Below are positions 1 through 20,786 of a stretch of 64,000 nt of DNA, piece after piece. Source of the stretch: the human T2T-CHM13v2.0 reference genome, Homo sapiens; the NCBI RefSeq assembly GCF_009914755.1, contig NC_060944.1. One strand, written 5' to 3'. The notes below the pieces were generated by a model. The model did no database searches. It saw nothing but the letters and a program-made list of their open reading frames with translations, and was not told where the DNA came from. The number at the start of each line of letters is the position of its first letter. Position 1 is the stretch's first letter. Both the position numbers and the translations under genes were made by a program.

Positions 1-996
1 AAAAATGCATGGATTTAACTATATTTAATGAATTTGCATTCGTTACGATCTTTATGCTTAAGGAAACTGAAATTGTCCCATCCGTGGCTAGGTGGAGCTT
101 CTTTAATATGACCCTTGAGCCTTATTTTACATATCCCTGGTAACCTTTGATAGCTTACTTGTGATCAAGTCCATCTTATAAAGACCACAAGGACACACTA
201 GCAGTCTGACGGTCAGATCTATTAACTTACCACAGCAAAGGAAACTGCACACCAAAGGACCTGTGGGTGGTTGGGGGCGCAGGAGGAGTCACCAAACGAA
301 GAAACAAATAGGGTACTGTAGGATGACAGAAAAGGGCAGATTCCAGTATAATGTAAATGAAGCAGGGTCTGATAGACTTCAAAGCAAGGCAGGGCCACAG
401 GGCAAAGTGTAAAGGAATTAACATCAGGCCTAGGCTGAGAAACGGATTCAGGATCCTGTTTCCATGGAAAGTACAAAATGAGGAGAGTTGTGGAATTTTG
501 TTTTCCAAAACCCCTTATCTGACACCAGCACCTGGCTTTGAAATGAAGGCTGCTTTTCTGTACTGAAAGACTCAGTTCCTGGGGGAAGAATATAACGTTT
601 CCTTCTTGCCGATATGATTTCAAATACAAAGTTTCCGAGAGTTGTGATTAGAGAAAAGAGGGTTTCTCAGCACTTTGTTCTTTTGTTAATTAACAAACGC
701 AGTTTCACAGGCTCACACTGGCTATCTGGAGTGACGAGATATTCTAGGCCGGTCTTGTGCAGTTCCTGCACCAGGTCTTGAATTCGTTCTAAGTTTTACA
801 GCAGACAGCTTCACCCCAGTCTCACCTCAAATAAAAACATGCCAATTCGCACATTGTGTAAGAACCTTAAAACAGTATACTGTACTTCCATTTCACCTCT
901 CCCAGCCTTTGTGCTATTGTCATACATTTCTCTTCTGTGTATGCTATGAACTCCGCAGTACAATGCTGTTATTTTACTTTAAACAATTATCTTTTA

Positions 997-1493
<497 letters not shown>

Positions 1494-1756
1494 TTACTCC
1501 TTTATGTAGACATCCAGATTTCCCTCTGGTACCATTTTCTTCTGCCTGAATAACTTCCTTTAGCATTTCTTGTAGTGAAAGCTTTCAGTGATCAATGTTC
1601 TCCGTTTTCAAATACATGAAAAAGTCTTTATTTCTCCACTTTTAGAATATTTTTCCTCTGTAAAGAATTCTGGGCTTTTTTCCTTTTATTACTTTAAAGA
1701 TCTCTCTCTACCATCTTCTAGTGTGCAGTTTCTGACAATAAGTCTTCTGTGTTGGT

Positions 1757-3755
<1,999 letters not shown>

Positions 3756-4166
3756 GGTGGGCCAGGCATAGTGGCACATGTCTGTTGTCCTAGCTCCTCG
3801 GGGAAACTCAGGTGGGAGAGTCCCTTGAACTGGGAGGAGGAGGTTTGCAGTGAGCCAGAATCATTCCACTGTACTCCAGCCTAGGTGACAGAGCAAGACT
3901 CATCTCAAAAAAAAAAAAAAAAAAAAAAAAGACAATCCGCACACATAAAGGCTTTATTCAGCTGATGTACCAAGGTCACTCTCTCAGTCAAAGGTGGGAA
4001 GCAAAAAAACAGAGTAAAGGAAAAACAGTGATAGATGAAAAGAGTCAAAGGCAAGGGAAACAAGGGACCTTCTATCTCATCTGTTTCCATTCTTTTACAG
4101 ACCTTTCAAATCCGGAGCCTACTTGTTAGGACTGATACTGTCTCCCTTCTTTCTGCTTTGTGTCAG

Positions 4167-4312
4167 GTGGCACCCAAAGATGCTGGAATCTTTATGGCAA
4201 ATGCCGTTACAGATGCTCCAAGAAGGAAAGAGTCTATGTTTACTGCATAAATAATAAAATGTGCTGCGTGAAGCCCAAGTACCAGCCAAAAGAAAGGTGG
4301 TGGCCATTTTAA
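4167..4312 (+). CDS. DEFB123: Beta-defensin 123, last coding exon (exon 1 lies upstream of the window)
   Basis: Pyrimidine tract + tgtcag acceptor at 4166; phase-1 exon reads (G)GTQRCWNLYGKCRYRCSKKERVYVYCINNKMCCVKPKYQPKERWWPF*, six-Cys beta-defensin spacing C-6-C-3-C-9-C-5-CC; TAA 4310-4312. Not in the supplied ORF track. Confidence 0.96.
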
Positions 4313-4376
4313 CTGCTTTGAAGCCTGAAGCCATGAAAATGCAGATGAAGCTCCCAGTGGATTCCCACACTCCATC

Positions 4377-4790
<414 letters not shown>

Positions 4791-5505
4791 AACATTTTTC
4801 ACTTTTTTAAGCTCTCTCGTTCACAAGTGTATAGGGGAATTTTCTGGAATCTCCATGACATATAATGACATAATTGTTCTGGCAGCTGACGAAAGATGTG
4901 CTTATGTGCTCTTGTGTAGAATTTTTTAAGGTAGAAGGCTCAAGGTATAAGTATGCTCATTTTCAGAGATTCATGCAATTTGTTCTCAGTAATTCTACTG
5001 TCCTCTTACAAACTATCTTTGGTTATATTATTAACTGTAATAATCAATCTCTATACCTTCATTATCATATAATAAGTCATTACTTTGAAATCCCACAACT
5101 TACTTTGTACCACAAGAAATAAGAACACTTTATCGTCTTGGTTTGCAGAGGTATTTTGTTCTAATTTTTTATTTTTTATAGAGATAGGGTCTCACTTTGT
5201 TACCCAGCCTGGTTTTGAACTCCTGGCCCGCCTCAGCTTTCCAAAGTGCTAGGAATACAGGAATGAGCCACCACTCCCACGGGGACTTGCAGAGGTATAT
5301 TAACAACAGTCCTAGCTGTCTAACAGAATAAAGGACACGCTCTCCCTTAAGGAAAAAATAACACCTATTCTAGTCTCTATAGTTCTCTTAAATACAATTT
5401 CTGACATATATACAATTTTAAAATTATAAGACATGCACAGAAGCAGGAAAATATGACCCATAATCAAGAATAAAAATAATCAATTAGAATCAGACCCAAA
5501 GATGG

Positions 5506-6226
<721 letters not shown>

Positions 6227-6353
6227 GATGGAGTAGTTGTTGGAATTAACAGATAACCTTAAAATAACTATTATAAATATGTTAAAGAAATTAGAAGATT
6301 GATAAAATGAATGAAAAGATGAAGAATTTAAATACACAGAAAAATAGTGTATA

Positions 6354-6890
6354 GTGTATTGTTTTCCACCTGCTGCATTACAAAACCACTCCAGAACTTA
6401 GTAGACTAAAATAACAACTATTTGTTATTTTTCACAATTCTGCTCATTGATTAAGTGGTTCTTCTGATATTCTCACGAGGTCATTCATGTTACTACATCT
6501 CTCTTCACGTAGCCTCTCCACCGCAAAGAAGTTAACCTTGGCTTCCTCTATGATGGCTGGGGCCAAGAGCCTCCCAAAGTGCTAGGAATACAGGAATGAG
6601 CCGCCATTCCTGGTCTTGCAGAGGTATATTAACAACAGTCCTAACTGCCTAACAGAAGAAAGGACATGCTCTCCCTTAGGGAAAAAATAACACTTATTTT
6701 AGTCTTATAGTTCTCTTAAATACAATTTCTGACATATATGGGTAAACCTCAACATCCAGCATTTCTCAAATTTCTGTTTGTATTACATTTGCTGAAGTCC
6801 CACTGGTAAATCATATGCCAGTCACTGTGAAAGAGGACTACATAAGGGCATGAATACTAAGAGGATGATTCATTGCATGATGGAAACTCT
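6354..6890. mobile_element. Old MLT1-like MaLR LTR carrying a 166-bp insertion
   Basis: gctgcattacaaaaccactccagaacttagtagactaaaataacaac start and aagggcatgaatac end motifs typical of MLT1. Confidence 0.55.
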
Positions 6891-7728
6891 AAGAATAAAT
6901 TGGGCCTTCTAAACTGAGACATGCTAAAATTAAGAATTTATTGGATGGTAAGCCAGGCGTGGTGGCACATGCCTGTAGTCGCAACTACTTGGTAGGCTGA
7001 GGCAGGAGGATCACTTACACCCAGGAGTTTAAGTCTGTAGTATGCTATGATCATGCCTGTGAATAGCCACATGTGCACTCCAGCCTGAGCAAAATAGCGA
7101 GACCCCACCTCTTAAAAAAAGGAATCTATTGGATGGGTTTAACAGCAGAAGATAGGGCATTGTGGAAGAATGAATCAGTCAACTCAGAGACAGATTAGAA
7201 GATATACAAACCAAAGCACAGAGAGAAAAAATGCAAAACGAGCATAACAGAGTATGAGAGACTTATGGGACAATATCAAATAATCTAACATATATATAAT
7301 TAAGTCCCAGAAGAAGAGATGGGAGACCAGGCACAGTGGCTCACACATGTAATCTCAGCACTTTGGGAGGCTGAGGCAGGAGGATCACATGAATCCAAGA
7401 GTTCAAGACCAGCCTGGACATTATAATGAGACCCCCTCCCTATTTTTTTTTTCTTTTCGAGATGGGGTCTCACCATGTTGGTTGTGAGCTCCTGGGCTCA
7501 AGCAATTTGGCCTGCCTCAGCCTCCTAAAATGCTGGGATTACAGGAATGAGCCACCATGCCCAAACCCCACCTATCTCTATTAAAAAAAGAAATTAAAGA
7601 GGGCAATGAGGAAGAAGAAATATTTTTAAAAGATAATAGTTGAAAAATTTCCAAAATTGTTGAAAGACATCAATCCACAAGAAATTCAGTGAACTCCAAA
7701 GCAGCATAGACACAAAGAAAATCAAACC

Positions 7729-8220
7729 TGCCAGGCATGGTGGCTCAAGCCTGTAATTCCAGCACTATGGGAGGCCGAGGCGGGCAGATCACCTGAGGTT
7801 AGGAGTTCAACACCAGCCTGGCCAACATGGTGAAACCTCATCTCTACTAATAATACAACAATTAGCTGGGCATGGTGGCACGCGCCTGTAAGCCCAGCTA
7901 CTAAGGAGGCTGCGGCAGGAGAATCGCTTGAACCTGGGAGGCTGGAGGTTGCTGAGGTGAGATCCTGCCACTGCACTCCAGCCTGGGCAGCGAATGAAAC
8001 TCTGTCTCAAAAAAAAAAAAAAAAAAGAAGGAAAGGAAAGAAATCAAACCCTAAACATATCACAGTCAAACTGCTAACAATTAAAAGAAAAACTGCCTCT
8101 GGAGGCTGAGGCAGGAAAAAGGCGTGAACCCGAGAGGCGGAGCTTGCAGTGAGCAGAGATCGCTCCGCTGCACTCCAGCCTGGGCGACAGAGCGAGACTC
8201 CGTCTCAAAAAAAAAAAAGA
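7729..8220 (+). mobile_element. AluS (7729-8027) plus AluY 3' fragment (8099-8220)
   Basis: Alu consensus with A tails. Confidence 0.85.
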
Positions 8221-8945
8221 AAAAGTGCTTCTCAGTACCTATGAATATTTCATACAAAACATGTTCAAGAATTTATGGAAAAAGTTAGAAAACCTTATTG
8301 AAATACAATATAAAAAGCCTAAATTAATAGAGAAACATATCATGCTTATGAATTAGAAGTCTCAATATCTTAAAGACGTCAATTCTATACTAATTATTTC
8401 CTAGATTCTATAAAATTCCAGTAAGATTTGTTCATAACTTGTTCAAAATTGTGTATATGTAAACAAATATTTTGTTAGGGACATAAACATGTATAATAAA
8501 ACTTTCAATAAAAGCTAAGGAGATAATAAATACAAATTTAGGATAACAGTTACCTCTAAGAATATAGCAATAGGAAGGGGTAATGGTGATTTTTTTATCG
8601 CACAGTAGACAGTGAGGTGTTCTGGATGTGAGGTCCAAATTTGTCTTTGTGATAGCTGGTGTTATTGAGCCACCTGGAGGCAATATTGCTGCAGTTTAAA
8701 TATTTAGGATCCTAGATGGGGATGTGGGAGGGAAGGGCTGGATGAACCTTCCAGAATGTCAGCAGTGATTCCTGGAGTCTTCCAGTTAATGGCACCCAAT
8801 AACTAAATGGGCAAAAGATGCATGGGAGATTGGCCTGTGAGAACACTGAGGACTTGGGGATGGATCTGCTATCTCCACGTGCAAAAGGATTTGTTAATCT
8901 GGGAGTTCCTCTGAGATCTAGCCCTTGTCCATCTCTTTGGTTGCC

Positions 8946-10171
<1,226 letters not shown>

Positions 10172-10420
10172 TGGATCCCATTAATTCTTGAACCTCATCT
10201 CCAACTATTCTTGCCCTGGCTCACTCCACTTAAACTATGCTGGCCTCCTAGCCATTTCTCAAACACACCAAGCATGGTTCCACCTCAGGGCGTTTGCACT
10301 TGCTATTCATTCTGCCTGGAACTCTCATCCTCCAATATGCAAGACTCACTCTCTAACATTCTTTGGGTTTGTTCAAATATCTCCATGTCACTGAAAACTT
10401 CTCTGAATATGCTATTTTTA

Positions 10421-10769
<349 letters not shown>

Positions 10770-12033
10770 TTACTTCCTTTTTTGCTTGCATTTCTCCATA
10801 GTATTTATCAGCATCTAATATAATATTTTTTTCTTGATTGTATTTCTTGTCTCCCTGTCCGCTGTGGATTTATTTAATGTTGGATGTATTGATATATATA
10901 TGAATAAACATTATTCAATGTATATGAATAAGTATATATTATATTGCCTCCCCAGATAAATATATATGTATATGTGTGAATATATATTTTTATATATATC
11001 TGAGGAGGCAATATATATTTCAACATATATTTATCCAATATACATAAATGAATTTGGGATCCAGTTTCCCAAATAAATTTGGGGTTCCTCATGTAAAATT
11101 CCCTCCATTGAAATACCTAGTATGGCTTTTGTTTTCTAGCTAGATCATGACTGATACAGTACATGGAACATGATTTATTCATATATATTGAGTAAATATA
11201 TATTGCCTTCCCAGATGAATGTATATATATGAATATGTATGTATTCATTTATTCAACTACAAATTTACTGAGCACCTATGTACCAGTTTAGTGCTTGGAG
11301 AGGGGGGTACCTTATGATTGGAGCTGGTGCCTCTGAAGGACATCGCAGTTCTGGCAATGAACCCATAGCCACCTAAGCTGCTGGGAGGATACAGATGGAA
11401 TCCAAAGCAGAGAGTGAATGCCTTCTCCCTCCCCTCCCCTCCCCTCCCCTCCCACTTTCTAGCCTCCCACCATTGTCTGCAATTAGCAAACTCTTAGTAG
11501 GAAGCCACCTGGTGAAGGAGTCTGGGAAATGGTAATATCGGACTCCCAGCCCCAGCAGCACAGAGCAGAATATAGAAGGCTGGGCTTGAGGCCGCACTGG
11601 CACACCATTTAACTTCTGAGATGTAAGTATAAATCTGAAGTAACATCCCAAAAAAGTAATCATCGGTATTAATTATTACAAATTCTAGAAGTCACATTTT
11701 AAAGGTTTAATATTAGAATGCAGGAACAATTACCCCTGCAGTCACTGTCCTGCTCATCTCAGTTCACTGTGGCCTCAACCTCCTGGGCTCAAGCAATCCT
11801 CCTACTTCAGCCTCCAAAGTAGCTGGGACCACAGGCATGTGCCACCATGCCTGGCTAATTTTTTTTTTTTTTTAGTAGAGATGAGATCTCTTTATGTTGC
11901 CCAGGCTGGTCTTGAAGCGAAGGAGTTGCTATGCTAAATAGATGCTGTACTAAATAGATGCTATTTGCTGTACTAAATAGATGCTCAGTTTCAACATCCA
12001 CTAACTTTTTCAGTCATGGAATAAAGTAACTCA

Positions 12034-12655
<622 letters not shown>

Positions 12656-13195
12656 ATGAATAAATTAATTAAATTCAAAATTAAAAGACAAAAATAAATA
12701 ACGAAAAATTTAAAAATAAAAATAATTTAAAAGAAAATTAATTTCAGAAACATACTTCCTAAAAAGAACTTTTGAATTTAGAAAGAAATTCAGAATTTGC
12801 AGCTTGAAAAAATGTCAAAAATATTCTACCTTCAACTACTGAAACCGGGTGGTAGTTTATAGCAAAAAATTTGGCAAACTTTATTGTTTAATTTTTTAGC
12901 CTTCATAAAATTTGTGATTTTGAAAATCAGTGAGAATAAAATATGCCTAAGGTACCTCACTTTTCCCTAACGCTTTCCTCTGTTCTTCATTGTCTTTATA
13001 CCCAACAGTATGTATAAATTGAAGGTGACTTATCATCGATGTCATGGTACATGATTTTGGAGTCTTTCCTACCTGTGAAATTTTGAGGTGACAAAATCGC
13101 ATTTAGCTTTTTATTCATCCTTACAAGGTGTGAGAAATTCTCAACCACAATTTTTTCCTAAAAGGCTTATGTCCTAAATGGAATTAAATAACTAA

Positions 13196-13492
<297 letters not shown>

Positions 13493-14440
13493 TCTAATAG
13501 TTTTTTTTTTATGTGATGAATGGTATTTTAACAAAGATTGAACTATAATATAATCTCCATTATTTTGCCTAGTGCTAATATTCAAAATATTAAAAATATT
13601 GATTGGATATAACATTCTGAAGGTTATCAAGCTAACAAATTTTAGCTCTCAATATTTAAATTAACTCATATTTTCTCCTAAGTTGAATTGTCGAAAGTTC
13701 TTAATTATTTTTCTAACATTGATAGCTTTCACAATCATCTTTAACTGTTGCAACATTTTATTCCTACAGTAATAAATATATACTTCTATCTCAAATGACT
13801 AATGAATTTAAACATGTAAAGTGCATGAGATTTCATTCCAAGTTACATCTAAAGTGTTTACTATGTGAAAATGAATATTCATATGTAAACAATAAATCCA
13901 AATGCTATGTTCCAAAGGTATTATGCTTATTGGACATGCTGGTTTACCGTGCAATTATGAAATCATTGAACACACACAAGTTCACGGTGCCACAAGTGAC
14001 TCTGAAGTAGGTATCTGGCAATTCATCCTTCCAAAGGGTGAAGCTAAGGCTGGATACTGAGAACAAAGTCAAAATTGGGTTTATTCCTAGAATGTAAGCT
14101 CCATACAGGTAGGGATTTGTCTGCTTTGCCCACTGCTGAGTCCTCCATACTTAGAATAATGCCCGGCACATAAAAGGTATTCAATAAATATAAATTGAAT
14201 TAATGAAAAACAGAAAAATAGAATGCTGATGCTAGTGGCGCGTAGGTGAAAATCATCAAGTTGATTTTCAGTTGAGACAACGATGGAAATCATTAGGCAT
14301 GCCCAAATCAGGGAGATCTTAGTTTCAGCCAAGGGCTCACTGGACTTAAGCCAGTCTACTGGGTTCAAATTAGGAGGAAAGGAGCAAAATTAACGAACAC
14401 GTACAAAATGTTGGAGATATATCATTAAAAATTGTGTCTT

Positions 14441-14804
<364 letters not shown>

Positions 14805-14989
14805 CTAGCCATTAAGAGAGTCATGAAAACATCATGCTTGTCTCCTGGATCACCCAGCTCTTTATGACACAAATGGAGCTACATCATAAGCACAGATAGT
14901 TTACCCAGACTCAACTACATGTGCTCAGAAAAAAAGGAATTTAAAGGAAATAAGACTTGGGATGGGTTTTTTTCTTTTTTTCTTACTTT

Positions 14990-15990
14990 TTAAATCAACT
15001 TTGTTTTGCCTTTCTGAAAAATCATATAAATGAAATTACTCAGCATGTATTTCTTTGTGTCCGGCTTCTTTCACTTAACATAGTGTTTTTGAAATTAATT
15101 TATGGTTGTGTGTATTGGTAAATTATTGCTATTTATTGAGTAGCATATTGCATGGATATAACTCAACTTGTCCATTTGCCTGCTGAACATTTGGGCTGTT
15201 TTCATTTATAGGTTACTACAAATAAAGTTGCTACAAACATGGATAGAGAAATCTTTGTATAGACATATGTCTATTTAATTTTGTTCGTTTGTTTGTTTGT
15301 TTGTTTGTTTGTTTGAGACGGAGTCTCACTCTGTCACCCAGGCTGGAGTGCAGTGGTGCCATCTTGACTCACTGCAACCTCCACCTCCTGGGTTCAAGCA
15401 AATTCTCCAGCCTCGGCCTCCCAAGTAGCTGGAATTAGAGGCACACGCCACCACACCCAGCTAATTTTTGTATTGTTTTAGTAGAGACGGGGTTTCGCCA
15501 TGTTGGCCAGACTGGTCTCAAACACCTGACCTCAAGTGATCTGCCCGTGTCTGCCCCCAGAGTGCTGGGATTACAGGCATGAGCCACAGTGCCCAGCCAA
15601 CATGTCTATTTAATTTTGTAAGTAACTCTGCACCTGTTTTTCCAGTTGCAGAGTAGTTGTCCATGTTACAGTCCCACCAGCAATGTATCAGCATTCCAGT
15701 GCTCCATATCCTCACCAGCCTTGCTATAGTCAGTCTTTTTACTTTAATTATTCTGGTGAGTATGTATGGTATCTCATTGTGATCTTAATTTGAATTCTCC
15801 TGATTACTAATGATATTGAACATCTTTTCACGAACTTATTGGCCACTTATGTATTTTCATTTGTAAAATGTCATTTAAATATTTGCCCATTCTGTTATTG
15901 AGTTTTCTCTTTTCTTATTAATTTGTAACAGTTATTTGTATATTGTGGATATGAGTCTTTTGTCAGATATATGTTTTGCAAATATGTGCA
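14990..15990 (-). mobile_element. Old L1 3' end fragment with inserted Alu (15288-15598)
   Basis: cttctttcacttaacatagtg, tcccaccagcaatgtat, atctcattgtgatcttaatttg, gaacatcttttca motifs. Confidence 0.7.
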
Positions 15991-16663
15991 ATAAGAATCC
16001 GAATAAGCCAGAAAAATCCCTCCTTGAGCCAGTGCCTGAATGAGTGGGAGATGGGAATTGGATTATTTCCTGGGCAGGGAAAGCTTCTGGCAGTGAAGAC
16101 ATCACATTGCATTGTGTGATTCCACTGTGGAAAGATACTTATTTTTCACCAAAAAAAATGGTGCCTAAACATAACCAACCACTTCCTTTAATGCACGGCC
16201 AGAGAAATGTGATATGTTCCATCAGTGGAGGAAAACTTGCTGTGTATGTCAGTCTCCAAAAAGGTGCCTTCCTGAGCAGTTTTCAAGGATAATTTAAGTC
16301 ATGTGCAATTGTCACCTGGCTCTCAGATTTAAACCTAGCCCTAGCATAATAATAAGCAATTCCACTGAACACTCTGCCATTGAAAGAAGGGAGTGGGGAT
16401 AGAAGTCAGACACCCAGTTCTACCCTGAACTACCTACAGTATCCATCCATTGTTGTAACTTCCTTGTTCTTCTCCTTCCCTGTGACCCCAAAGGTGTCCA
16501 CCTGATCAGCAGGAGAAGCCCTTCTCATAGAAGAGTCTCTGATGCATGTGAAAATGCCTTAAATATATATATATATATAAGAATATATATATACCAAAAT
16601 ACCAACAGGAATTATGAAAGACAGGTGAATATTTTGAGGCTTATCTATACTATACTTTCTTAG

Positions 16664-17549
<886 letters not shown>

Positions 17550-17701
17550 TATTTCTGGGTATTTCTGTACAGTGAAAATACTAATGATTTTAGTTTTCTT
17601 ATTTGTGCTTCTCTGCTTACATGTTTTCCAATGAACATGTATTACTTTTACAATTAGAAAAAAAATGTTATTTTTAAAGTACAAATAAGAATGACTCTGG
17701 A

Positions 17702-18472
17702 GTCTGGCACAGTGGCTCATGCCTGTAATCCCAACACTTTGGGAGGCCGAGGCAGGAGGATTGCTTGAGGCCAGGAGTTCAAGACCAGCCTGGGCAACAT
17801 AGCAAGACTTTGTGTCTACAAAAAATATAAAAATTAGCCAGGCATGGTGGTGCACGCCTACAGTCCCAGCTACTGGGAAGGCTGAGGTGGGAGGACTGCT
17901 TGAGCCCGGGAGTTCAGAGCTGCAGTGAGCCATGATTGCACCACTGCATTCCAGCCTGGGCAACAGAGCAAGACTGTCTCCAAAAAAAGACTGACTCTGG
18001 GAGACAAAATCAGGTGGCAGAGGATCAGGATAGAGTTCCAGCTCCACCACTTCCTAGGTTTATGACCTGGGCAACTTTCTTAGTTGCCTTATAGAGTCTT
18101 AGTTACCTTATAGAAAAGGCAAAGATAGGCCAGCTGTGGCAGCTCACACCTGTGATCCCAGCAACTTGGGAGGCCAAGGCAGGAGGATCACTTGAGCCCA
18201 GAAGTTCAGCCTGGGAAACATAGCAAGACCCCGTGTTTTTTGTTTGTTTGTTTTTTGTTTTTTGTTTTTGTTTTTAGCAAGACCCCATCTCTACAAAACA
18301 AACAAACAAATCAAAAACATATTAGCCAGGTATGGCAGCATACACTTATAGTCCTAGTTCCTCGGAGGCTGAGGCAGATTGCTTGAGCCCAGGAGTGTGA
18401 GGCTGCAGTGAGCTATACGATCTCCACTGTGTTCCAGCCTGGGCAACAGAGTGAGGACCTGTGTTAAAAAAG
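17702..18472 (+). mobile_element. Two AluJ (17702-17988; 18128-18472)
   Basis: ggaggattgcttgaggccaggagtt J-type left arms. Confidence 0.85.
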
Positions 18473-18479
18473 AAATGAG

Positions 18480-18570
18480 GAGAGAGAGAGGGAGGGAGGG
18501 AGGGAGGGAGGAAGGAAGGAAGGAAGGAATGAAGGAAGGAAGGAAGGAAGGAAAGAAAGAAGGAAGGAGA
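18480..18570. repeat. (GA)/(GGGA)/(GGAA)n purine tract
   Basis: Direct reading. Confidence 0.9.
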
Positions 18571-19600
18571 TAATAATATGTAACTGTGGGAATTCAATGA
18601 GGTGGTATGAATAAAGCAATTGGTACTTTCTAAAGGATACTTATATATCATCATCTCAACCATTCAATGATTGGTTTGGCTTGAGTAGAACCTGTCCTCC
18701 GAAAAAGCACTTCTGAGCACCTATCCAGGTAACTTCCTTCTCTAGCATCCCAGAGCCACCAGGCTCACCTTGCACATCTCCAGTGTCAGGGGACTCCCTT
18801 CCTCCCAAAATTTCCCCATCACACTGTCCTGTCCTACCAGCGTGTGGCTCCATTCCTTGACATGTCACTCGGGAACTTTATGGCCTTCAACAAGTCACTT
18901 TCCCTCTCTGGGCTTGCGGGCCTCATCTGTGAGGTATTTTGGGGACTCTTCCACCCTAGAATCGGCTGGTCTCTTCGGCTTGTTGGGTGTATCCTAATGA
19001 CTTAGGAAGTTGGATGTATGCTTAGATGAGGGTCTGTTTGAACACTGGGAGGAAAATGGCAGTTCATGTGTGAAAATGGCGGTTTAATTTTCAGAAAAGT
19101 ATCTAGTCTGTTGGTCTTGGCTTCAGCCCTAAGTCATTAGGATACCCTATAAAGGAACATAGGAAAACCCTTTCACGCTCAGTGGGGCCTGCCTCTCAAG
19201 CCAAATGTGCCGTCTCATTCTGAATTCCAGAAGCTTATTATTGACTCTACTATAATTATTCACTGTTATTATCAACTATATGATTAACTCTTGTTATTAT
19301 TAACTCTACCTTTCTTCTTGCATTTCTTCTATAAAGTGCTAATCTCCTGATATTATAATTATTCCCATTTTATGGTTGAGGAGACTTTCAGAGGTTCAGT
19401 AATTTTTCCGGAGTTGGACAGAGAAAGTGACATGGCCAGGACTGGAACCATTTACAATGGTCATTAGCGCCCACTCTCCTCAGGTCCCTCACCTCCCTCC
19501 ACAGACCATTTCTCCCACATCCTAGACCTATCCCCCACCCGTGGTGGGGAGAGGAGCACAGGCGAGCAAGCAGAAAGAAGAGACAACTGGCAACCTGTGT

Positions 19601-19606
19601 TTTATT
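19601..19606 (-). terminator. DEFB124: DEFB124 polyadenylation signal AATAAA
   Basis: tttatt on + strand 16 nt past the stop codon. Confidence 0.75.
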
Positions 19607-19622
19607 GGACAGCAGGAACCAG

Positions 19623-19780
19623 CTACTCATATTCATGCTTGGGGACCGGTGGAGGTTTCAATGCATAGGAGAGACAGCACAGGGACGCATCCGGGCACAG
19701 GTGCATGTAAGTTTCTTGCCTTGTGCAGTAAGTTTGGCAGGCCCCTTGACCCTTCCAGCACCGTTTGAATTCACTTCTCC
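19623..19780 (-). CDS. DEFB124: Beta-defensin 124, last coding exon
   Basis: Minus strand ctctgtttag acceptor (19782-19781); reads (G)RSEFKRCWKGQGACQTYCTRQETYMHLCPDASLCCLSYALKPPPVPKHEYE*; six-Cys motif; 58+158 nt = 71 aa + stop. Confidence 0.96.
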
Positions 19781-19800
19781 CTAAACAGAGGAAAACCACA

Positions 19801-19989
19801 GGTCACAGAGCAGCCCATGGGTCACACGTTAGACCACTGGTCACAAGTTAGGCCACAGATTCACTAACACTGGTCACAAGTTAGCTCTCTGGTCTTCTGT
19901 TAGATCACTAGTCACAGATGAGAGTACTGATTACAAGTTAGGTTAGACCACATGTCATAGGTTAGACCATTAGTTACAAATTAGAGACT
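19801..19989. repeat. Degenerate 19-bp minisatellite (consensus ggtcacaagttagaccact), ~10 units
   Basis: Units start at 19801, 19820, 19839, 19872, 19891, 19910, 19929 and beyond. Confidence 0.8.
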
Positions 19990-19990
19990 A

Positions 19991-20723
<733 letters not shown>

Positions 20724-20782
<59 letters not shown>
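20724..20782. repeat. (AT)n microsatellite in Alu tail, DEFB124 intron
   Basis: Direct reading, ~29 pure units. Confidence 0.95.

Positions 20783-20786
<4 letters not shown>

Noticed and set aside
200-720. Possible LTR fragment and 135-aa ORF
   Set aside because: Looks repeat-derived but family not assignable; ORF has no recognisable features
16190-16296. Cys cluster (KCDMFHQWRKTCCVCQ) as a possible hidden defensin pseudogene
   Set aside because: Cys spacing does not fit the six-Cys motif without several frameshifts; no acceptor or signal exon found. A tblastn/HMM search with beta-defensin profiles would settle it
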